A stretch of 64,000 nucleotides of DNA from Schlesneria sp. (GTDB lineage Bacteria > Planctomycetota > Planctomycetia > Planctomycetales > Planctomycetaceae). The DNA lies in NCBI GenBank assembly GCA_043749505.1, contig JAYVDI010000084.1, forward strand, positions 7,339 through 71,338, read 5' to 3'. Made by a program: the position numbers and the translations under genes. The notes below the pieces were generated by a model, which saw only the letters and a list, made by a program, of their open reading frames with translations, had not been told where the DNA came from and did not search any database. How positions within the stretch are numbered: the first letter of the stretch is position 1; each line of letters starts with the position of its first letter. This document shows, in pieces, positions 57,044 to 64,000 of this stretch.

Positions 57044-57782
57044 CGTCCGCCGCCGTCAATCGACCATCATGCAGAGCCGATGCGACTAAGACTTGCTGGA
57101 CGCCAGACGCTCGCCAGCCGATCAGGTCTTCAACGCCACGCACCCCACCACCGCAGGTCAAGCGGACGTGCGGGAACTCAGCAAGAATTGACTGGCACAG
57201 CAAACCCGTCCGCGCGCCGCTTCCCATCCCGACATCCGCCAGATCGAGCACGATTAGCCGTGAGACCCCGCAATCGACCGCTTGTCGAACGATCTCGCGC
57301 GGGTCGCGACTCCAGCCACTCGCAGACTCCGCCAACATCGGCTCGCCGTTTTGCAGGTCGAGGCTGAACGTGACCGTCTCACACGCAGCGGACAGTTCAG
57401 CAAGGTGGCTCGGTGCGCGTGACGACTCCAACCCAATCACCACTTCGCAGCCGAGCGAACGCCATTGTTGAACGTCCACGACCGTTTCGACGCCCCCATC
57501 CACCAGCAGCCGAAAGCCGTCTTCGACAAGCTGCCTGACGACATCCCAGTTGGGACGGTGATGCACGATCCCATCGAGATCGGCCACGTAGAGCCGTTCA
57601 AAACCGAACTCCCTCCGCAGCGCACGCGCCACTTCGAGCGGAACGGTGAACGACGTGAGCTGACTGCGCAACGGAAGGTACTCATCCCGTCGGCCGGCCA
57701 CGCCACGCACGACCACGCTCCCGAGCAAGTCGAGAACAGGCAGCACGAACTTATCGGCTAGGGCGGGCGAATCAGCAGTCAT
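57012..57782 (-). CDS. HisA/HisF family TIM-barrel protein (paralogue outside a his operon)
   Basis: ATG at 57782. PVLDLLGSVVVRGV...YVADLDG...LLVDGGV...GGGVRGVEDL matches the HisA/HisF phosphate-binding pattern. Confidence 0.7.
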   Translation of the reverse strand: MTADSPALADKFVLPVLDLLGSVVVRGVAGRRDEYLPLRSQLTSFTVPLEVARALRREFGFERLYVADLDGIVHHRPNWDVVRQLVEDGFRLLVDGGVETVVDVQQWRSLGCEVVIGLESSRAPSHLAELSAACETVTFSLDLQNGEPMLAESASGWSRDPREIVRQAVDCGVSRLIVLDLADVGMGSGARTGLLCQSILAEFPHVRLTCGGGVRGVEDLIGWRASGVQQVLVASALHDGRLTAADVRSGAAITSR

Positions 57783-57894
57783 CGTGCGGAGTGGTCCAGC
57801 GTGGACAGAGATCAAAACGAACAGTGATACTAACGATCAGTGTGAAACGTGTCTGTTTGGATTGTGTACTTGATCTTCATCGCGAGGTTTCACC

Positions 57895-58875
57895 GTGGCC
57901 GATCCTGCCTCCATCGCAGCGGCTCCTGCATCACCAAGACCGAATGCCGGGCGCGAGGCAACCTCGCGGACGTGGCGGTTGTTGATCTCGTTCCTCCGGA
58001 TCGTTCTGCTGTTGCTCATCATGATCGCGTGGTTTCAAAGATCGCTGATTTACCATCCAGCGAAGGCCAAAGCGTTACCTGCTTCGGGGAGTCACGTTTC
58101 TCACGCGATCTTCGATGTCACCGTGAAGTCACACGATGGCCTGACGCTCAATGGTTGGCTCAGTATTGCGGACGAACTCCAGTCAGCGCTGCCCGTCGAT
58201 CTGAAGCCACTTTTGAAAAAAGGGCGACCACTGGTCATCGTGTTCCCCGGCAATGCCGGTCATCGCGCCTATCGGACTCACTTGCTGCACACGTTCGGTG
58301 AACTCGATGTCGATGCGTTGATCTTCGATTACCGAGGTTACGGCGATAATCCGGGCAAGCCATCCGAAGCCAACTTCGTGCGCGACGCGCGGACCGTGTG
58401 GGACTACGCTCACAAGACGCTGGGGGTCTCGCCCAAACAGATCGTTCTTTACGGTGAGTCACTTGGTGGCGGAACGGCCGTGAGGTTGGCGAGCGAACTC
58501 TGTCGAGATGGCATCGAACCGGGTGGCCTCATCATCCAGTCCTCCTTCAGTTCACTGATTGATGCGGGCGGCTATCACTTCCCGGTGCTGCCTGTGAGTT
58601 TGATTCTGATCGACCGCTTCGAGTCCTCGCGCCACATCACCGCCATAACCTGCCCGATCCTCCAACTGCACGGCGTGCGTGATTGCGTTGTCCCGCTGTC
58701 ACTCGGCAAGAAGCTGTTCGACGCGGCACCGGCTCAGTCATCGAGCAAGACCACCAAGCGACAAGTCCTCCTGCCGAACTCCGATCACAACGATGTCTAC
58801 GGCCCCGACCTGCCGCTGGTCGTCGATGCTCTGCGCGCCTTCTTGAAACAAGTCGCCACGCACGCCGCACGGTAA
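57895..58875 (+). CDS. Alpha/beta hydrolase with an N-terminal membrane anchor
   Basis: Nucleophile elbow YGESLGGG. A downstream D and a SDHND His motif. The start codon is non-ATG per the track, and the N-terminal boundary is uncertain. Confidence 0.75.
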   Translation: MADPASIAAAPASPRPNAGREATSRTWRLLISFLRIVLLLLIMIAWFQRSLIYHPAKAKALPASGSHVSHAIFDVTVKSHDGLTLNGWLSIADELQSALPVDLKPLLKKGRPLVIVFPGNAGHRAYRTHLLHTFGELDVDALIFDYRGYGDNPGKPSEANFVRDARTVWDYAHKTLGVSPKQIVLYGESLGGGTAVRLASELCRDGIEPGGLIIQSSFSSLIDAGGYHFPVLPVSLILIDRFESSRHITAITCPILQLHGVRDCVVPLSLGKKLFDAAPAQSSSKTTKRQVLLPNSDHNDVYGPDLPLVVDALRAFLKQVATHAAR

Positions 58876-58949
58876 ATCAACCGCCGCACTGTTGAACCGG
58901 GCACGGATTTTCCGCGTGGGCGTGCCGTGACCCCCATGAAGAGAATTGA

Positions 58950-59157
58950 CCACGGATGGCACTGAGGGCACAGATAAGACCAAGAGTGACAAAACTGAGT
59001 TGAGGACCCTCTTCATGAACTCGCCAGTCGCCTCGGCATTGCAGCGACGGGCGCTGAGGATGAGAGAGACTTGGGTCAGTTGTAGGACCAAGATTGCAGG
59101 ACACCTCTTGGTTGGTTTCCTCTTCTTCACATCTGTGCCTATCAGTGCCATCTGTGG
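58950..59157. repeat. MITE-like element, family H, with ~26-nt terminal inverted repeats
   Basis: CCACGGATGGCACTGAGGGCACAGAT at 58950-58975 pairs with ATCTGTGCCTATCAGTGCCATCTGTGG at 59131-59157 (3 mismatches). It is intergenic, upstream of lysS. Confidence 0.7.
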
Positions 59158-59344
59158 TCGATACTCTTCTTCACTCCCGTTGCGAGATTCCCGCGTTGGG
59201 GAATCCGTAGTTGAACCAGTTCGTACTCATGGCGGCGGCCTGCTTCGGTGTCCATGCCATTGACGTTCGATGTCGATTCACCCATAGTTCCGCCCCGCCT
59301 GAAACGGCAGAAAACCCCTATTTCACAGACAGAAACTGCGAATC

Positions 59345-60808
59345 ATGTCCGACACGCCCGATCGTTTGGAAGCCGCCCGACTCGACAAACTCGCGAAGAT
59401 TGAGGCACTCGGTCTCGACCCGTGGGGCCAGCGTTTTGATGGGCATATCGCCATCGAAGAGGCTCGCGACAAATGTCCGACCGAGTCGGGGACGGAAGGT
59501 CCGGTCGTGCGTGTCGCCGGACGTATCCTCCGCTGGAACGACAAAGGGAAGCTGCACTTCATTCACATCCAAGACTACACCGGTCGCATCCAGTTGATGC
59601 TGTCCAAAAAGGACGCCAGCGAAGCGATGTGGTCGCTGCTGGAGTGCCTCGATCTGGGAGACCTGATCGGCGTGGATGGCACCACGCGCGTGTCGAACAC
59701 CGGCGAGAAAACGATCCTCGTGACGGGCCTCACGATCCTCTGTAAGTCGCTCGCGCAGCCTCCTGAAAAATTCCACGGCCTCCAAGACAAAGAGTTGCTG
59801 CTCCGTCAGCGCTACGTCGATCTGATTTACACCGAGGGCGTCCTCGACCGCATGTTCAAGCGGCTCAGGATCATTGATTCCATTCGTCAGACGCTGCGTA
59901 ACGAAAAATTCTTCGAGGTCGAAACGCCCGTCCTGCACGCGATCGCCGGTGGCGCGGCGGCACGTCCGTTTACGACGCATCACAACGCACTCGACATTCC
60001 GCTCTTCCTGCGCATCGCGCTGGAACTGCATCTCAAGCGGCTGATGGTCGGCGGCGTCGAGCGGGTCTACGAGATGGGCCGCGTCTTCCGCAACGAGGGG
60101 GTCGATGGGACTCACAACCCCGAGTTCACGATGATCGAACTCTATCAGGCGTATGCCAACTACGAAGTGATGATGGAACTCGCCGAGAAGATCATCTCGA
60201 ACGCTGCCATCGCCGCGAACGGCACGGCCGTCCTACCGTGGGGTGACAAAACCGTCGATTTCACGCCGCCTTTTCAGCGTGCGAAATACGGCGATCTCTT
60301 CCGCGAACACGCTGGCTGTGACATGCACGACCCCGCAGGAGTCGTCGCCGTCGCGAAGACGCTCCACATCGAAACGGCCAACCGGCACCACGACGTGATC
60401 GTCAACGATGTCTTCGAAGCGACCGTCGAAGACAAACTGGTCGGCCCGATTTTTGTCTACGACTACCCGGCGTCCATGTGCCCGCTGACGAAGCGAAAGA
60501 AGTCCGATCCAGCCATCGCCGAGCGGTTCGAGATGTTCGTGGATGGTATGGAACTCGCCAATGCCTACACCGAACTAAACGACCCGCGCCTGCAAGAGGA
60601 ACTATTCCGCACGCAACTTCAGGGGCTGGCCGAGGAGGACTCGATGGCCAAGATGGACCACGACTTCGTCCGAGCCTTGAAAGTCGGCATGCCCGCCGCC
60701 GGCGGTATGGGAATCGGCATCGACCGCCTCGTCATGCTCCTGACCAACACCACCAGCATCCGTGATGTGATCTTCTTCCCACTCCTTAAGCCGGAGCATT
60801 CGGCGTAG
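59345..60808 (+). CDS. lysS: Lysine--tRNA ligase, class II
   Basis: 487 aa. OB-fold anticodon-binding N-terminus. Class II motifs ([34 protein letters not shown]). Confidence 0.9.
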   Translation: MSDTPDRLEAARLDKLAKIEALGLDPWGQRFDGHIAIEEARDKCPTESGTEGPVVRVAGRILRWNDKGKLHFIHIQDYTGRIQLMLSKKDASEAMWSLLECLDLGDLIGVDGTTRVSNTGEKTILVTGLTILCKSLAQPPEKFHGLQDKELLLRQRYVDLIYTEGVLDRMFKRLRIIDSIRQTLRNEKFFEVETPVLHAIAGGAAARPFTTHHNALDIPLFLRIALELHLKRLMVGGVERVYEMGRVFRNEGVDGTHNPEFTMIELYQAYANYEVMMELAEKIISNAAIAANGTAVLPWGDKTVDFTPPFQRAKYGDLFREHAGCDMHDPAGVVAVAKTLHIETANRHHDVIVNDVFEATVEDKLVGPIFVYDYPASMCPLTKRKKSDPAIAERFEMFVDGMELANAYTELNDPRLQEELFRTQLQGLAEEDSMAKMDHDFVRALKVGMPAAGGMGIGIDRLVMLLTNTTSIRDVIFFPLLKPEHSA

Positions 60809-61028
60809 GTGGCGGACGGAGAGAACCGACTCTTGGCAAGAAGCTCTTCCCCGAATGGGCCGTCTCGATCACAATCGGTTCGTGAACCGGCAAGTTGCTC
60901 CGGCAATCGCTCAGTGTTGAATGAGTTCAGTTCATCTGGGCGATCAATGGCGACGGACGACATCAGGATGAAATGACCGACGGAACGAACGCTGCTCGCC
61001 CCGCGACCAATTGCCAAAGGACTGGCCC

Positions 61029-62582
61029 ATGTACAAGTTGATTCTCTGTCAGCGTTATTTGCGAACGCGCTATATTGCTCTGGCCAGCGTCATCAGTGTG
61101 ACGCTCGGCGTGGCGACGATGATTGTCGTGAACTCGGTCATGGCGGGGTTTAGCGGCGAGATGCGGGAACGCATCAAGGGCGTTCTCGCCGATGTCGTCA
61201 TCGAAACCCGTAGTACCGACGGCGAGCCGGACGCGGAGTCTCACAAGGCTCTCGTCCGTGAGCTGATCGGCAAGTACGTGGCGGGAGTCACGGCGACGGT
61301 CGAGATGTACGGGATGCTCAGCTTCGAGTATGGCGGGCAATACATCCCGCATCCCGTGACGCTGATCGGCATCGACCCCGAGAGCAAGTCGGAAGTTGGC
61401 CCACTGGTCGATTACTTGCAGAGCTATCACGCTCAGCACGATGGAAAGAATGTCACTCCCGCCGAGCGGTCCCTCGGTCAGAAGCCCGGTTGGGAATTGA
61501 CGGCCTCTGCGATCGAACGACGGCAACGCGTCGCCGAAATTACTCAGCAGCGCGCTCAGTTGCTGAGAAAGCTCAAGGAGCAGCGACACGACGAAGCGGG
61601 GCAACACGAACCGGCTCCGCACGCCGCTTTGGATGATCCGTTCGCGGAAGTGGACGCCAAGCTGCCAGGAGGCGGTGTCCAAGATTTGGCTTCGATTGCC
61701 CAGCCGCAGGACGGGCGAGTCTACATCGGCGCGGGCCTCATCAGCTTTCCTCACAAGGATGAGCAAACGGGTGAAATGCGCACCGTGTTCATGGTTCGTC
61801 CCGGCAATGATGTGAAGATCACGACGGCTACGGCGGGGATTCCAACGGGAGCCTACTACGATGCGACCGTCGTCGATGTCTTCCAGAGTGGCATGAGCGA
61901 GTACGACTCGAATTTCGTCTTCTGCAACCTCGAACATTTGCAGAAGGTTCGCAAGATGATTCGCACGCGCGAAGACGGCACCGAATCGCGGGCGATCACG
62001 TCCGTACAGATTCGCCTCAAGGACTATCGCGATTCCGACAAAGTCGTCGAACTACTGCGGACGGAGTTCACACCCGATCGCTACACCGTGCGAACGTGGG
62101 AACAAAAACAGGGGCCACTGTTGGCGGCGGTCGATGTCGAATCGTCAATCCTGAACATCCTGTTGTTCCTGATCATTGCCGTCGCGGGCTTCGGCATCCT
62201 GGCGATCTTCTTCATGATCGTGGTTGAGAAGACGCGCGATATCGGAATCTTGAAGGCTCTCGGGGCAAGCTCCTCCGGTGTGATGTCGATCTTCTTGAGT
62301 TACGGTCTGTCACTCGGAATGGTCGGCAGCGGGGTGGGCGTCATCGCGGGGCTGCTCTTCGTTCACTACATCAATCAGATCGAAGGGATCATCACGATCA
62401 TCACCGGTCACAAGGTCTTCGACGAGCGGATCTATTACTTCAAAGAGATTCCAACTCATGTGGACCCGTTCACGGTCTGCTGGGTCGCGCTCGGTGCCAT
62501 CACGATCGCCGTCGTCGCGAGCATCCTCCCCGCACGCCGCGCGGCACGCCTGCAACCGGTGCAAGCGCTCAGACACGAGTAA
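61029..62582 (+). CDS. LolC/LolE-type (FtsX/MacB-like) ABC transporter permease with an enlarged periplasmic domain
   Basis: The ATG at 61029 gives MYKLILCQRYLRTRYIALASVISV. C-terminal FtsX domain (KTRDIGILKALGAS...). It is 517 aa because of a long extracytoplasmic region. Confidence 0.8.
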   Translation: MYKLILCQRYLRTRYIALASVISVTLGVATMIVVNSVMAGFSGEMRERIKGVLADVVIETRSTDGEPDAESHKALVRELIGKYVAGVTATVEMYGMLSFEYGGQYIPHPVTLIGIDPESKSEVGPLVDYLQSYHAQHDGKNVTPAERSLGQKPGWELTASAIERRQRVAEITQQRAQLLRKLKEQRHDEAGQHEPAPHAALDDPFAEVDAKLPGGGVQDLASIAQPQDGRVYIGAGLISFPHKDEQTGEMRTVFMVRPGNDVKITTATAGIPTGAYYDATVVDVFQSGMSEYDSNFVFCNLEHLQKVRKMIRTREDGTESRAITSVQIRLKDYRDSDKVVELLRTEFTPDRYTVRTWEQKQGPLLAAVDVESSILNILLFLIIAVAGFGILAIFFMIVVEKTRDIGILKALGASSSGVMSIFLSYGLSLGMVGSGVGVIAGLLFVHYINQIEGIITIITGHKVFDERIYYFKEIPTHVDPFTVCWVALGAITIAVVASILPARRAARLQPVQALRHE

Positions 62583-62591
62583 ACGGCAAGC

Positions 62592-62627
62592 CTCGAAGTC
62601 CGGCTTTAAGAAAAGCCGGACTTCGAG
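62592..62627. repeat. Perfect 16-bp hairpin (CTCGAAGTCCGGCTTT-AAGA-AAAGCCGGACTTCGAG), family E-related, 10 nt after the permease stop
   Basis: Seen directly in the sequence. No T-tract follows, so it is a REP-like element rather than a classical terminator. Confidence 0.8.
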
Positions 62628-62650
62628 ATGCTGCAACCAGAGCGAAGAAG

Positions 62651-62697
62651 CCCCTCACCCTAGCCCTCTCCCCACAAAGCTGGGGCGAGGGGCCAAG
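62651..62697. repeat. Family A palindromic element, intergenic
   Basis: CCCCTCACCCTAGCCCTCTCCCCACAAAGCTGGGGCGAGGGGCCAAG. Confidence 0.85.
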
Positions 62698-62820
62698 CCA
62701 AAACAAACGACCTCCCCATTTGATCGGCCAGGAACGGAAACCATGCCCACCGCCAGCACGATCTTTCACCCGTCTTCAGCCTTTTCTCCTTTCACGACCC
62801 CGTCTCGCGAGAAGCCTCCC

Positions 62821-63519
62821 ATGCCCGAACCGCAGATTGCGGCGATTGCCGTTGAGAAGGCGTACCGCAAGGGAGACCACCAAGTCCCCGTGCTGCATGG
62901 CGTGGACATCTCCGTTCACAAGGGTGAGTTCCTCTCGATCGTCGGCCAGTCGGGATCGGGGAAGAGTACGTTGCTGCATCTGCTCGGCCTGCTCGATGCG
63001 CCCGACGTGGGCGAAGTGCAACTCGACGGCCAGCGCATCGACGACCTACCCGCACGGACGCGCGACGAATTGCGGAACCGAGTCTTCGGCTTCGTCTTTC
63101 AGTTTTATCATCTGCTGCCCGAACTAAGTCTCATGGAAAACGTGCTGGTTCCGCTGATGATCCGGCACTCGATCTGGGGCTACTGGCAGCGGCGGCGCGA
63201 GTACCAAGATCGCGCCCGTGAAATGATTGATCGCGTGGGACTGGGCCACCGCCTGACACACCGTCCGTCCGAACTGTCCGGCGGTGAGATGCAGCGCGCC
63301 GCGATCGCCCGCTCGCTCGTCGCACGCCCCGAAATTCTGCTCGCCGATGAACCGACCGGCAACCTCGATCAAGGGACCGGACGCGGCATCATCGAGCTGA
63401 TGGCCAAGTTGAACGAGCAGGAACGCCTCACTATTATCATGGTTACTCACGACCAGCTCATCGCCGCGGAAGCTCATCGCACGGTGAAACTCTGTGAAGG
63501 TCGGATCGAACCGGCGTAA
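62821..63519 (+). CDS. lolD: LolD/MacB-type ABC transporter ATP-binding protein
   Basis: ATG at 62821. Walker A GQSGSGKST, signature LSGGEMQRAAIAR, Walker B LLADEPTGNLD. The track ORF (from 62458) runs through the upstream repeats and is over-extended. The ATG at 62743 is an alternative start. Confidence 0.85.
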   Translation: MPEPQIAAIAVEKAYRKGDHQVPVLHGVDISVHKGEFLSIVGQSGSGKSTLLHLLGLLDAPDVGEVQLDGQRIDDLPARTRDELRNRVFGFVFQFYHLLPELSLMENVLVPLMIRHSIWGYWQRRREYQDRAREMIDRVGLGHRLTHRPSELSGGEMQRAAIARSLVARPEILLADEPTGNLDQGTGRGIIELMAKLNEQERLTIIMVTHDQLIAAEAHRTVKLCEGRIEPA

Positions 63520-63547
63520 GGCTTGCGGCGTATGTCACTCTTGCAAC

Positions 63548-63621
63548 GCCAACCCGCAGCGTGAGCGAGGGGGAGGGAATATCCCTCGTGGAATCGCCCT
63601 CGCTCACGCTGCGGGTTGGTG
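63548..63621. repeat. Family F palindromic element, second copy
   Basis: Arms GCCAACCCGCAGCGTGAGCGAGGG at 63548-63571 and CCCTCGCTCACGCTGCGGGTTGGTG at 63597-63621. Confidence 0.85.
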
Positions 63622-63714
63622 TTCCTGAACCTCGTTCGCCTGTTCACTGTCTGCATCGACCACGACTCGCAGCCCGGCCCGGTGCCGGGCTGCTTCAACA
63701 CGGGAACCCTTTCG

Positions 63715-64000
63715 ATGGCCTTGAAGATTTACCTCGGCGGCAAGTTGGTGGACGAAGCCGATGCCAAGATCAGCGTGTTCGATCACGGGCTGCTCTACGG
63801 CGACGGCGTCTTCGAGGGGATTCGCGTTTATGGCGGCAAGGTTTTCCTCCACCAGCAGCACATCGACCGACTCTTTGAAAGTGCGAAAGCCATTCGGCTC
63901 GTCATCCCGATGACGCCGGAACAGGTAATCGATGCGGTCGAGCAAACGGTGAAGGCCAACAACATTGGTGATGGTTACGTGCGGCTCGTCGTCACGCGCG
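63715..64000 (+). CDS. ilvE: Branched-chain-amino-acid aminotransferase (class IV), 5' part truncated by the window end
   Basis: The open frame from the ATG at 63715 reads MALKIYLGGKLVDEADAKISVFDHGLLYGDGVFEGIRVYGGKVFLHQQHIDRL...GYVRLVVTR. The FDHG.LYGDGVFEGIR motif is typical of the family. It is absent from the track because no stop lies inside the window. Confidence 0.8.
   Translation, partial: MALKIYLGGKLVDEADAKISVFDHGLLYGDGVFEGIRVYGGKVFLHQQHIDRLFESAKAIRLVIPMTPEQVIDAVEQTVKANNIGDGYVRLVVTR

Noticed and set aside
62592-62627. The GAAGTCCGG strings (also at 34713-34723), reminiscent of the RNase P RNA GGAAAGTCCGG core
   Set aside because: Both are simple perfect hairpins of a repeat family. 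None of the remaining conserved RNase P helices or the P4 sequence is present.
62458-62820. The long N-terminal extension of the lolD ORF
   Set aside because: It reads through the terminator-like hairpin and a family A repeat (..EAPHPSPLPTKLGRGAKPK..). The conserved ABC domain starts right after the ATG at 62821.

Overview
This is a high-GC chromosomal segment that looks planctomycetal. The evidence is a giant ThuA/discoidin/beta-propeller/HEAT/CxxCH protein, a Cys-rich YTV-type envelope protein, a DUF1080 gene, a type III glutamine synthetase, and many GC-rich palindromic repeats. I support about 50 protein genes, one tRNA-Asp(GTC), several intrinsic terminators, and at least eight families of REP/MITE-like palindromic elements. 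The housekeeping blocks are: aceE-aceF-lpdA followed by tfoX and NYN genes; glnN; copA; a fabZ-fabG-acp-fabZ-fabF cluster; ribD; rnc; dnaN-DUF721(DciA)-gyrB; lysS; lolE/lolD; and a partial ilvE at the right edge. Four things deserve a second look. (1) Palindromic elements sit in frame inside four places in conserved coding sequences: twice in the giant protein, once in the ABC ATPase, and as a 291-nt composite next to the TGE motif of CopA. This resembles the Rickettsia palindromic element situation. (2) A divergently organised light or photo-oxidative-stress island spans 20.9-33.4 kb. One arm is class II photolyase, start/stop-coupled to an SDR-DUF2867-TspO fusion, plus a fasciclin gene. The other arm is a seven-gene operon: an HTH plus B12-binding-like regulator that lacks the canonical His residues, a PQQ-like propeller, an FAD oxidoreductase, DUF1365, two CFA-synthase-like methyltransferases and DUF1295. 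(3) A 53-aa AKKAV-repeat histone-H1-like ORF with its own SD and terminator is absent from the ORF track and lies behind a ~0.9 kb non-coding stretch. (4) An FtsH-like AAA+ protein has no protease domain and sits next to a small M50 metalloprotease. No CRISPR array, rRNA, transposase or integrase is visible. All functional calls come from motif and family recognition by eye, with no searches run. Many long antisense ORFs in the track are GC-driven shadows and were rejected. The ORF track translates GTG and TTG starts as M, so I re-chose several starts.
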